This document shows, one piece after another, positions 13,158 through 26,306 of a stretch of DNA of 64,000 nucleotides. The stretch comes from Octopus sinensis (taxonomy: Eukaryota), in contig NC_042999.1 in NCBI RefSeq assembly GCF_006345805.1, positions 17,918,001 to 17,982,000 on the forward strand. Reading direction: 5' to 3'. The notes beneath the pieces are model-generated. The model ran no database searches. It had not been told where the DNA came from and worked only from the letters and a program-made list of their open reading frames with translations. The position numbers and the translations under genes are program-made. Within the stretch, counting starts at the first letter, position 1. Each line of letters opens with the position of its first letter.

Positions 13158-13322
13158 TACAACAGGATTCTTTCTGTTTCCGTCTATCAAATCCACTCAA
13201 AAGGCATTTCTCGGCCGGGGGCTAAAGCAGAAGACACTTGCCCAAGATGCCACGCAGTGGGACTGAACCCGGAACCAAGTTGTAGGTTAGTAAGCTACTT
13301 ACCACACAGCCACTCTGCGCCT
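12850..13322 (-). mobile_element. SINE family A, full length
   Basis: Reverse-complement homolog of 122-593, including head AGGCGCAGAGTGGCTGTGTGGTAAG and B box GGTTCAGTCCC. Confidence 0.9.
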
Positions 13323-13375
13323 ATATATATATATATATACACATAAACATATATATATCTATATACATATATACC

Positions 13376-13473
<98 letters not shown>

Positions 13474-13509
13474 CATATATATATGTATATATATGTATGT
13501 ATATATGTA

Positions 13510-13670
13510 TATTTCCTTTTTTTTCTGTAGACTTATCTGTTTCTCCTGTATCTGATGAAGAGCTATGGTCGAAACGAGGAACAATTACTTTTTTCCTTCG
13601 AGCGAAATATTAATACATTGCTTGTCCTACATTTTTGTATCTTTTTCTATTCATTTTCTTGTTTTCAAAT
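13510..13670 (+). mobile_element. Related (TA)n-embedded short element with degenerate hammerhead (canonical CUGAUGA)
   Basis: CTGATGAAGAGCTATGGTCGAAACG at 13552-13576; downstream GAGCG..ATTAATACA..TGCTTGT resembles copies 1-3. Confidence 0.6.
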
Positions 13671-13688
13671 ATATATACAAATATATAT

Positions 13689-13731
<43 letters not shown>

Positions 13732-13800
13732 ATAAATTATATATATATAATTTAACATCTAAGTTATATATATAATATATATAGTATATATATATATATA

Positions 13801-13841
<41 letters not shown>

Positions 13842-14667
13842 ATATATATATATACTTATATATATATAGTTGTATGTATAGATAGATATTTATATGCATA
13901 ATAAATACATACATACACTATGTATGTGAGTGTCTGTATGTACTTCTATACATTTGGAATTGATGTTTTGTTTTCCAGCCCTAAGCAAAAATTGTGAAAT
14001 CGATTTACATAACTTTATCACAAAATACTAGCGCGAATATTTTGAATAGAATTTTTAAAAACGTAACGATATATATTTGATCGGAAAATTTAATATATAC
14101 AAACAACAGAAAGGAATTAAGTTTGGAAAAGTGAAATACATCATGAACTCTGTCTAAAGTAGTGTAAAATATATTGCTGTCAATTTATTAGGTAATATTT
14201 CGTGTAAAACATTCAGATAAATATCGTAACTAAACAATAATTATCGATAGTAGATTTAGCGCTACATTAGAAAATTTGTGTGTGACTCTAGTTATATCAA
14301 CAACGCATTTGTTATTATCAATATTGCAAATTATGTTTGTTAGCTGTGTTTTGGAGCTAACAATAACAGCAGAAATGTGTGTTACACTCATTCCTTCCAT
14401 TTATGATAGAAAATTATAAATTTCCAATAAAAATATTTCAATATTTTTTATTGGTATACAATTTTGTAAAACTAGGAAAATATTCTGTAACAAAGTAAAA
14501 TGTTTAAAAAAATTATAAGTTAATGGTTCTAGTTATATTGAATAGCATCTAATAGAAGAAATGGGAGGAAATGTAAATCATACTACATCGTTATTGTACA
14601 GAACTCAAATTTAGCTGTGTACCATCGACAAGCCGAAAAAAAGACATGTCTACCAATATACATCATG

Positions 14668-14702
<35 letters not shown>

Positions 14703-14788
14703 CAATCAGACTTAGTGAGCGTGTGCACACACACCTATACGCATAAAGACATGTATATATGTACATAACACAGACATATGCATATATG

Positions 14789-14818
<30 letters not shown>

Positions 14819-14822
<4 letters not shown>

Positions 14823-15011
14823 AGAGTTTACGAAAAAAATAAAAGACGAAGACAGGTGGTGTACATAGCAAACAGGTGTATTAGTATAACGCTCAGGAAT
14901 AGAAAAAGTGTTTTACGTTTCGAGCCTGTGTTCTTCTACAGAAAGGGACACAGAAAAAACAAGGAGAGAAAAAATATGTGTAGTGGCTACCGATCTATCA
15001 TGACGACTCTC
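14819..15011 (-). mobile_element. Hammerhead-bearing short element, copy 4
   Basis: Reverse-complement homolog of 1359-1566 with the same 5' and 3' boundaries. HHR at 14911-14946. Confidence 0.8.
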
Positions 15012-15012
15012 T

Positions 15013-15067
<55 letters not shown>

Positions 15068-15072
15068 ATATA

Positions 15073-15106
<34 letters not shown>

Positions 15107-16060
15107 TGCTGTGTCCGTTGCTGTGCATAATGGTATAATGTAATAATTTCTATATATTTTTGAAGCTGTATTCCATTTATTCTTATTAGTACACTTAGAT
15201 TGTGGAGACAGAACCACATAGATGTAGATTCAGTTTTTAAAGGAAACTTCACTGTGATGTACTACGTATTGCATTTCTCATATCCTAGAACATATACACA
15301 CACACACACAATCACACACACAGATGCGTATGTATATATATATGGATCAAAACAGTTTGATTACAATTCCGTAATATCTAAAATCTCAAAGCTCGTGGAG
15401 CTTACTCGTCGGGCAGTGGAAATTGCTTTAGACCCCGTTCACCAACAGCTATCCATACATGTAACTCGCAATAAAAGTGATAAGTGCCCTTCTTTCATAT
15501 CTAATATCCAGTTTTTGGTGTAGCAATATCACCATATTTGAAACCTGCATGAAGTTGGCATCATCGTTGTACATTCGGCTATAGTTTAGTGCAAACCAGA
15601 AATATACACACATATATGAAGAATTAGGGAGAAAGTGGATGAAATTGAGAGATTCAAAGAAAATTGCGTGTTATTATTTTTTTCAAATCTTTTGTTAATG
15701 ATGATTTAGCTTGTGTAAATTCTGGAACACATTAAGATATAATTGTCTACGGAACTTCTGACGTGTTTTTTGTCATTACTTCTTAAAGATTGTCATAGAC
15801 AGAACGTCTCCTGAAACCCTTAGTTGCTAGAAGGACTTTCAAGTACACATGAAATGCATTGTAATATAAATGAAATCTTGAATACTGCTGTACACACATA
15901 TATGTATGTTTGTGTTTGTGTATGTTTATTTGAATGCGCATGTGTGTGTCTGTTTTGTGTTTGTATGTTGTGTGTGTGTGGTTGTGCGCATGATGTCCAT
16001 GAATACCCTGGATTAATGCCAACTGATATAATGAAATAGAACGTTTGTCTAGAGTACTTA

Positions 16061-16105
<45 letters not shown>

Positions 16106-18413
16106 ATAAAAGACTTCTTACATTTCCTAGCTCAGTGGGCCTCAACTGTTTTAATATCCTGGCATGATCCCAAACCTGGATCTTTTTAATGGGCTGCAAC
16201 ATACAAAATAAAACACAAGTCAATCACAGAAAAAATTATATTTATTGAGGGTAGATCGTCAAGGGCTTCTGGAAGGATGTTTGAGGGTCTGAAACTTGAC
16301 TTAAGAGGACGCTGATTAGTAATTTAAACCGCTTCTGCTAATTGCGAAATGATGAACTTAAAAAAAAAAAACAATCCTTCTTATATTTGGTGTATGTACT
16401 TGATTATTATTTATTATACACTAATTTGATTGCAATGGTAAAAATATTCTTGATTGTGATTAATGAAACCGTTACACGATTTCTTAATTTGAAAACACAT
16501 GTTTACCCGCTCAAAATTAATTTTTATTACCTTTTACAAACTTTAAGCCCGGTCCAATATGAAGGAAAACCTATCCACCCATAATGATAATCATTTCAAA
16601 ATAGACATTATACTGATATTTAATTTTGTGCACATAATCTTCTATATCTAACTTCCCTTTTGAAATACAGAATAATAAGATACAACAACAATAATAATTT
16701 AACAAGGCTTTCATCTTCAATATTTCCTATGGAATCTGTTCACTGTGTACTTTACTTTTTATCCTCTGACCTGAATTATAAAAAATTTCAAGAAAGACTT
16801 CATAATCTCCCTTTCAAGCTTTGAGGCACATGGCCCTATTCGGAAGCAAGTCTTACAAATAAAGTAATATTACATTTTGTTTTATATAATGACACATTAA
16901 TGTAATTCAAACACAATGTAGAGCTGGGTTAGCATCATATTTTATGTTATCATGACCGAATGATTATTCTGAACAGGTTACTTTAGAAGATTTCAGATGA
17001 GCTGAAATGAAGCATTGTGGAATTTGTTTGTAACTTATATTGCCAGAAGGCAAACGGAATGTGAATATATTGTTTAAAAAAAGTATGTCATACTTTCTGA
17101 CTAATTTCACTAAAGTGCTCATAAATCGATATTTACAAGATCTGAACTTAATAGTACAAAGTTGGCAAGGAGAATAGCTTGAGTAATGAGTCTCTGAATA
17201 CTTCGTTAAGATGGTATAATGGAAGTGGAAAGATTAATGAAACAAATACAAATTGATACTATGTTTATATCGTAACATCAATTATTATTAATGAAGTATA
17301 CACAAGATTTTCTCATTAAAATGCGAAAAAGTATATCACTTAATAATTCACATTCTAGAAAGATAGTTAATTTTTTTTATTTACGAGATATATACACATA
17401 AACATATATGCGTGCATACATATTTACATACATAGAAATATACATACATACATACGGAAAAACATAAAGCCAGTCACATACACTTGCATTGGGGATGATT
17501 TTAAACTGATACTTGTAGTGGGGATCTGCTGGAGCCTAGCGGAATTTATTTAAAGGGAAAAAAATTGACAAGTCATTCAATCGCCGGCTGAAATTCTTTG
17601 ACGCTACACCCAAGAGACCAGGGAAAAGAACAAAGAAGAAGAAAGAAGGAAATCACCCAACACCAGAGCTGAAGACACCTCCGAAACGAGGGGGGAGCCG
17701 CCACGTCAAAACGTAGAGTAGGAGCTGAAACCAGACGTGGTTCCTCCTGATGATGTCTTGAGCTAACTGGATCCTATAAATAAGCTGTTGTGGCAGCAAA
17801 CCACGAAACACGGTTGTAATTTGTTTTCGAGTCAGGATCGAACTGGTATTCTCCTTGTCTCTTCGTCACCTCTCAGCGACCCATTAATGGATCCCGTCGC
17901 CGGGTCTCATCACTGGCTCCACGAAGTGACTAGGAGAATCACAAATCAGCTTAGACTGGAATTCAAGAAGTAGAGTCCTTCAGGCGGACACTTGCTATCT
18001 TTGATAGCTTTGAGGCAACTCTAGTGTAAGTGGATATACCCGGCCCCGTAAATCAGTTCACCAAGGAGAAGGCCACTCCGGCGTAAAACCTTCCGAGTTA
18101 ATACAACTTTCTGGTGTCCGCAATTAACTTCGCCAGATATGCCACTAGTGTAAAGTTTTAAGTGTAACATTTGCCATGGAATTGTGCCGACTGAAACCCA
18201 CTTTAGAACTACTAAATGCAGACCGAATAAAAAGATGTGCAGAACCAAGAATCGATTTACATTAGTACTTCAGAATGTGATGTTCCTTCTCACATTCGTC
18301 GGACATGATGAAATTGCTAATATCATCATACACATACACACACACTCATATTCCCACACATAAACGCACACACGCTGGGAAGCACACCAAAGCATACAAA
18401 TATATATGTATAC

Positions 18414-18520
<107 letters not shown>

Positions 18521-18561
18521 GTATACATACATACATACATATGTATATATAAACACACATG

Positions 18562-18678
<117 letters not shown>

Positions 18679-18702
18679 GCATATATATATATATTACATA
18701 AC

Positions 18703-18890
18703 TGCTTACATAACTGGAGTATATTAGCTGTGAATGGAGGCCCGGCGAAGATGTGAGTTATAAATCTTGGCACAGAGCTAGCTAAGTTAGACACGGCCGT
18801 GTCTAACTTAGCTAGCTCTGTGCCAAGATTTATAACTCACATCTTCGCCGGGCCTCCATTCACAGCTAATATACTCCAGTTATGTAAGCA
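18703..18890. repeat. Perfect 188 bp palindrome with no spacer
   Basis: 94 bp arms TGCTTACATAAC...GACACGG|CCGTGTC...GTTATGTAAGCA, centre at 18796/18797. Confidence 0.97.
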
Positions 18891-19429
18891 TTTGCCAAAC
18901 CGAGTTATATTGAGACCATATCAAAAGAAACTTATAAAACTTGTACTTAATTGAAAGTCACAATTATCCTGTTCAGTCCTTTATTACAATTTGACGTGCA
19001 TTCCTACCGTTGATTTCCTTTATGCTACATCGTTAACGCTTTCAGAGTTTAGGATATAATCATCATCAGTCTTGTTTTCTATTTTAAATGTGATACTGAT
19101 CCTCTGATTCTCATCCATCGATACTGATCTATTCATTCTCATCAACACATACCGATCAACTGCTTCTAATGAACCGATACTGATCACCTGATACTGCTAA
19201 AATGATTCCATCTATCTACAGGTTGATGCCGTAGACTGAAGATTGCTTAAGCATTTACCATCATTGGAAATCAGATTAAAGCATCATAACTTAGAAAATA
19301 AAATTGAAACCGGAATGGTTATAGGTGCATGAGGGGCTATAGTCACTGTTTCGACTTTAGGTGCAAGCGTGGCTATAGGCGTAGGAGTGTGTATAGGTGC
19401 AGAGTAACTATAGGCGCAGGAGTGGTTAT

Positions 19430-19572
19430 AGACGCAGGAGTTGCTCTGTGGTGAGAAGCTTGTTTCCCAACATTGTTCTGGTTACAGTCCCGCTGTGTGG
19501 CATCTTGGGCATTGTTTTCTACCAAAGCCTTTTGAGTGAATCTGGCTGACGGAAACTGATAGAAGCGCGTCA
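19430..19572 (+). mobile_element. SINE family A 5' half
   Basis: GCAGGAGTTGCTCTGTGGTGAGAAGCTTG...GACGGAAACTG. Confidence 0.75.
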
Positions 19573-19592
19573 ACGTTAATACAAAATATATA

Positions 19593-19812
19593 CAGTAATC
19601 TCTAGCGGTTCACCTATCGCGGTTAATCATTTAAGCTTGCGTAAATTCCTCCGTGGTGTTTTGCTTTCATAATAAAATGAATATATAATAATTATAAAAT
19701 TTAAAAAGAAGTATGCAGTGCAGTACTGTTTCTACTTCGCTGATTTTCGCCTATCGCGGAGTGGGCTCAGGTTGTTTGGAACGTAACACCCGTGATAGTC
19801 GAGGGATTACTG
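19593..19812. mobile_element. Tigger/pogo-like MITE
   Basis: TA|CAGTAATC...GAGGGATTACTG|TA terminal inverted repeats with TA target duplication; internal CCTATCGCGG repeats. Confidence 0.75.
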
Positions 19813-21619
19813 TATATCTTTTTTATTTTGTTATTTGTTTTCTACCTTAACATTTAGTATTCTATGTATTGTGATTTTGTATTGTTATCGTCTTCAATTT
19901 TCCCATTCTCACTGCCAATAAATACATTGAATGAAACTATAAGGAGAATCATATCCAGACAGTATTAAACTAAATGAACTAGGAAATGATATAATAAATT
20001 ATTTAACTTAGGCTATACTGGTCACTAGAATCTTATCGATACTGGAGAATGGAGGAACTGTATTGGTAGATCGTTTGATACTTATTTAGTATATTATTCA
20101 GTCTTGGTCGATTGCGTACAGAGTGTACATTTCCATTGGGAATCTCTCTGCATTTCATCCATCCAGTACAATGGGTAGCAGTTATATCCTGCGGATAACT
20201 CTTTTCACTGTAGCTTATAGAAGAATAATCATAAAGCAACGTGAAGAGAAATCAATAATATTGCTTTGTGGCATTTAAATCTAACTAAAATCCAATTTTC
20301 TTCGGTATTTGCCTTTGATATTCACGTCAAATTCTTATTTCATTGGTGAAATGGCGATGATAATATTGGCCTTCGGGCCATATTGTTAATAATAAAATTG
20401 ACATTAAAATAGCAAATGATGAGTTATGCTCTTGTAGATTATAATCAGCCGAACGAACGTTTCGTTGGATTAAGCCTTCGTTTCTATGTTTCTCTTTTGA
20501 ATCTTTCTAATGCCTTTCGTATCAATTCAGAATCAAATGATTGCGTAGCCTTCAAGCTGAATGCAATTAAACAGTGCGGACTCTGATAGGAATTATTAGT
20601 TCTGAAATATTGAATTATAGTTTGGAAATAGAATTTATATTGGATCAAATATGTTAAGTAGAGATTTTATATAAATGAGTTATTCTTGTTAATAAGAAAG
20701 TGTCTCTTTATGTGAATGATGGTCTTCGGCTATAAAAATCAGTTAATATATTCATAAAATTCCTATAATACATTCATAAACTTACTATTCTCTCCCGAGC
20801 GCATATAAAATAGTGCATTACATACTGAGATTTCCTTTAGTCAAATGCTTTAACAATAACATTCGCAGTATCAGTATTTATAGTACATTTCTTAAATTTT
20901 ACCATAGGTAACAATATATAAAATGGCAATTAGTAATTCTTGCAAATATTTGTTTTACCTACTTATACCATGATTTATTCTATTTCCATTTTAACATAGA
21001 CAAATGAATAAGTTTTGATAGAGAATATATATCTGATTGTTAGTGTACTACTTGGTATTTATATTCACGATCTCGAAATCGAATCTGAAATAATCGTATT
21101 CATGTTCTATTAAATGAAGATGACACCGGGACTCCTTTTCTAGAATTTTCAACATACTTACAATTAAGTCAAAATCTATATTAGTTTATAGTTGTCAAAA
21201 TTCGACAATGATATTCTACAGGATAAACGTTTTAGTCAAAAAATTAACCGTTAACTAAAAAGTACATTCCACAGTGATGAATAATACATTCGTTGCTTAA
21301 AAAACATAGTCACTCACGATCATCGTGCAAAGACGGTGCAGCGGAAGTTCAGTGCTATATCTAAAGTATGCGTTTATATTTATACATAGTCGATTGATTT
21401 AAGAACGTTTTAGGAAAAGAGGACATGAGATAATTAATGAATTATTATGAGATAATTGATTTTTAATTGTCTTAAAGTATAACTACAATGAACTTAATAT
21501 TGGTTGAGTTAATTTAAGGAGGATTCGTAAACGTGTTTTCTTAAGTGTTTCCACAACAAATTCAATGAGAAAGATGTTAAGAAAATATAGCAGATATAGA
21601 AGGCATAGAGGAGAATGGT

Positions 21620-21900
21620 GAGAGCGCGTGGCTAAGTGGTTAGGGCATTCGGCTCATGATCGTAAGGTTGTGAGTTCGATTCCCGGCGACGCGTTGTGTC
21701 CTTGAGCAAGACACTTTATTTCACGTTGCTCCAGTCCACTCAGCTGGCAAAAATGAGTTGTACTTGTATTTCAAAGGGTCAGCCTTGTCACTCTGTGTCA
21801 CGCTGATTATCCCCGAGAACTACGTTAAGGGTACACGTGTCTGTGGAATGCTCAGCCATTTGCATGTTAATTTCACGAGCAAGCTGTTCCGTTGATCGTC
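21620..21900 (+). mobile_element. SINE family C (tRNA head)
   Basis: A box TGGCTAAGTGG, B box GTTCGATTC, then TGTGTCCTTGAGCAAGACACTTTA central domain. Second copy at 62070-62545. Confidence 0.85.
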
Positions 21901-23257
21901 GTCGTAACCGGCGGAGTCTTTAAGAGGAGAATGTAATGAAAAGAATAAAATACACACCACACAAATCTTAAATAATTTTAATATGAATAAATGAATGCAT
22001 TCAAGTAATACATTGTGCTGAGATGTATATAAGTGAAGTTTTGTTGACATTTGCGGATTTAAATACAAAGCGTAAGCAAATTTTAAGGAACTTGCTAAAA
22101 TATCAGTAAAAGCAGAGCTTTTATAACTTATAAACAAACTCTTTCGATATAAACTTACTCAGGTTTCACCAAAAGATGAATGATTATCAATCAATTACCT
22201 TAAAATGGTTAACCCACGCACACACGCACACACATATGCAAATATGAAGCTACATACATACGTATGTGTGTATATATATATATATATATTTGTGTATATA
22301 TATGTATGTATATATATATATATTTTTGTATATATATTTGTATGTATATATATAGTTGACACGATGTTAAGTTTGTGTATGTATGTATATATATAATTGG
22401 AAAGATCCTTAAGAATCCATACAATTCAAGAATTATATATATACATATGTATACGGGTGCAAAACGTTCATACACAGTCGAAAATCTCTGTGTTGATGGA
22501 GTATGTCATAACAACAAATTTCCTTGACTCCAGTTGTTGTTGTCGACCAGAAGCTATAACAAAACCAGTGTGAGTAACGGCTGGTATATAATTGCATACT
22601 TTATTTTGTGCATTTATTATTTATACCGTTATTTTCTAAACCGATTATAAAAACAACAGGTTGTATATACTCCAACAGGTGAGAAAAGCCAAGTATCCTA
22701 CAAACTAAATGATTGCCGTCATTACTATATACTATAAACCGTTTTGTTAAATAATCTTCTAACTAATTTTACACAATTTCTGTTTCATGACACGATTTGA
22801 TTCGCCTCTAATCCAAATAAATTCATGTAAACATAAACTAATTTCAGGTACACATAAAATAAAAAATGTTGTTTTCATATTTATGTTTATATTATTTACG
22901 TTCCGTGGAATCCTGTGCCCATATATGCATGTATATGCCAATATATGTATGTACATATATGTGTATATATGCATAGTCATTCATATATTTTTTTACATTA
23001 TTATTTGATTGAACTCCACGCATCCATTTCCAAGTAAGTTTTATCTTATATATATATATATATACATATGTGTGTGTGTGTGTGTGGTGTGTGTGTGTGT
23101 GGTGTGTGTGTGTGTGTGTGTGTGTATACATATATCTGCAAATGTAATGTGTGACAGATATTAGGCTACCGAATAATTATCACATATGACAGATAAATTC
23201 CTCTACTTATATAACATCGAGGTCTCTTTCATTCTTTTGTTGTCTTACCATTTCTTT

Positions 23258-23313
<56 letters not shown>

Positions 23314-24350
23314 TACTAAAATAAAGGGATATCTAGAGGTCTGCCTGATGTACAAACCGTAGATACCAAATCACCTTCTTATCAAAATTTATTTATTAGT
23401 AGGTGGAAAACATTTAATCATAGGACTTGTAGCTAAACGACAATAAAGGCAGCAGCAAATACAAATGGGGAATGTACGTTCTAAGATAGGGAGTTCTAAT
23501 AAATGTTGTTGATGATTTTATGGCATGTATATAGAGATTCATCGAAATGTATTTAACACGAACTGTAACTGAAATTTGAAACGGAATGTGAAGCGATTAG
23601 AGTACATATAATCTCAGTGGGGAGGTTTAGATCGATGTACGTTCTGCACGTGATTTCCAATAAAACAATGTGAAATTTATTACTATGATTATCAATTATT
23701 TAATTAAAGGCGCAATTACCACGAATTAAATAATTGCATTACATTTAAGATAAACATATCGTTTTCTATTTTCTCATCAATCTCGTTACATTATTAAGTT
23801 AGTAATACAGGTTTGCTCTAATTATTCCCCTGTGAATTGTGTATAAATCTAACATTCCTTTGCAATGCAAGTGACATGTACAGATTTATAATCCGTTTTC
23901 TGAATTACATCTCCAAAGTTGTATAAATAATTGGAACGTTATCGGATATCATATGCATCCACGTAATGCTCGTGTATTTCCTCTGCGATGAGTATATGAC
24001 GTATTTCAAAATAAATTAGTAATTTACAGCAATTATATTAGTGTTAAAATTGCAAGATTTGAAAGTGTGTTAGACAACGTGTAAGAAGATACATTGTGAG
24101 AACTGTACATTAATATTTTAAAGAAAATACACAAAAGAAATGCTTCACAAGTTTGTATTGTATATAATAAATAATGGGAAGTGCTAGTTCCTTCAAAATA
24201 TTCATTAGTTTTCTCATATTTTGTATTCTCCGGAAATATAATTTTGATCAATTTTATATTGTGACATTCATTACGACATTTCATCTCAGAATACATTGTA
24301 TTTATGACCCTTACTGACAATTAAAAGAAAATATTCCTTGCCACACTCAC

Positions 24351-24411
24351 CTTCTTCTTGAATTAACAGAAATCAGTTCCTCAACCAATGAAGCAGCAAT
24401 TCCCTCAGCTA
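24351..24411 (-). CDS. Candidate 61 nt internal coding exon of an unidentified host gene (xAEGIAASLVEELISVNSRR)
   Basis: Minus strand: polypyrimidine acceptor TTTTCTTTTGTATTTATTACAG, open frame (phase 1 to 2), consensus donor AG|GTGAGT. Confidence 0.55.
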
Positions 24412-24800
24412 CTGTAATAAATACAAAAGAAAAAATAATATGTTTTTTTGTAAAAATGAATCGAAATAATATTGTTCTACTGTAGCTATATAATTAACGA
24501 TGAAAAGAAGTCAAATTGAAAACAAAATTGTAAAAGAAACAAAAGAGAGTATTTAAACAATATAGAAATGAAGAATTTGAAAAGATTTTAGAAGAATAAT
24601 GGACATTAATCAATAGTACATGAACACTATTAAATAAAAGAAAACTGAAGCAGACAGAATTTAGGAAATGCAATTGAAATATAGAAAAATGTATCCTATC
24701 CTGCAGTATAACATATACTGTGCCTGTTTATCTAACAGTGAAGCTATTAGCAGCTAGAATCTTCACGGAAACGATGTAGCCTACGTAATTTTATCATTAA

Positions 24801-25200
24801 CTAGCAGTATCGCCCGGCAGTGCTCGGATTTGTTTCGACCCTTTAGAATTGGAATTTTTGAAAAGTAAAAATTGTGCGTTATGTAGCTTGTTATTCTCTT
24901 TAAGTGAACATTTTTCTGGTTGAAATGCACCGAAAAATGGCGACACAGCAGTAAAAAAATCGTAAAAAATAGAGATTTTCATAGAAAAAACCCCCACCTT
25001 TTTGATGTAAATAATTCTTGGTTTTAGCATCGTCCGATTTGAATTTTTATTTTCTTCTAAGGAATGAAGAGCAAGCCTTGTTCTATCGCACTCTCAATGT
25101 TGGTAAATTTGCGCCGCCGGGTCTCGGAGGAGGTAGTGTTAGTTGAAGGCTACCAAACCTGCCATACACAGACAACTTCAGCTTTATATATTTAGAGAGA
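24801..25200 (-). mobile_element. Non-autonomous Helitron (~400 bp)
   Basis: A|TC...CCGAGCACTGCCGGGCGATACTGCTAG|T ends, no TSD; homolog at 33758-34170. Confidence 0.85.
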
Positions 25201-25413
25201 TGTATGACTGAAACGTGTAGATATCACTGATATTTCTAGTATTCCTAATAAGAAATATTGCTTCAGCATCAGGCTTGATTGTAAGACAAGGTATATAAAA
25301 TTTACCTGTAGTTCATTGATGGTATTCAAGGTATCAACGCATCAAACATCAAGAGAAACGTTATTCTTTCAGATTTTGATCCTTTTACCTAGAGATATAT
25401 ATAGCAAAATGTA

Positions 25414-26306
25414 CGAGGGGTGCCTAAAAGAAACCGGGATTTTACAATGTTATTTTATTCACTTAATTGTACATGTTTACACTTCCATCTTATTCAAAGT
25501 ATTCACCATTTGAAGCAATCAGTCCAGAAGCATTTTCCACTGTTCGAAGCAGTGCTGAAAGACTTGCGAAGTGATACTTTTTTTAAGCCTCCGTCGTTTT
25601 CTTTTTCTTTTTTCATCTCTTCCACATCTGCAAATTCAGTGGCAGCATTTTTCGATACCAGTGATGATCTTCGAAAAAATGTTTGGATCAACTTCCAGCC
25701 GTACTTTCAGTTCACAACACGCATTCAAGCGTGACTGCTTTTCATCTTCCTTGAGCAAGTGAGCCACGAATTTTGCTGCAACACTTTCCATTTGCAAATT
25801 TTTGTTCAAACTATGTTGGCAGGAGCTTCAGCACACACCAGTTATACCAACATACTCGCGAATTTGCCAAGATTAGTTCATGAATTTTCATGATGTTATC
25901 ATTCGTTCTGTTGGTCGATGTTCGCCCTGAACAAACGTAGTGTTTAAGCGACCATTAACCATTCATTAAGCGTGAAAGCCACTCATAAACCTCTGTTTAG
26001 CTCACGGCAGCATCCTTGCAAGCTTTTTGAAACATAACGATTGCTTCGGCCGCCGTTTCCCCAGCAGAATACAGAATTTCTTGTATGCACTCTGTTCCTT
26101 CGTTTCAGCTATCGCAAAAATCGATGAACAGGTGAGAAGCACTGGAAAACAATGACACATCCTTGGAAGTACGACTTCACACTACAGTGCTGATCGGCAG
26201 ACTGATACCCGAGGGTGTCAGCAAGTGGCTTGTAGTGGTGGAAGCCTGAACTGCCACGAGTTTGTCTCAAAGAGAACGTACACAATTACTTTTGGGTACC
26301 CTCTCA
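25414..26306 (-). mobile_element. Internally deleted mariner transposon
   Basis: TIRs TA|CGAGGGGTGCCTAAAAG and CTTTTGGGTACCCTCTCA|TA. Remnants of the HTH (KFC...AAEAIVMFQKA...VYEW), VAAKFVAHLL and the C-terminus FQHCFEQWK...NGEYFE; catalytic core missing. Confidence 0.85.

Noticed and set aside
19090-19445. CRISPR-like spaced repeats
   Set aside because: These are degenerate tandem minisatellites without unique spacers, in a eukaryotic context with no cas genes.
21620-21690. Possible tRNA gene
   Set aside because: It has A and B boxes but no good acceptor stem and continues into a SINE body.
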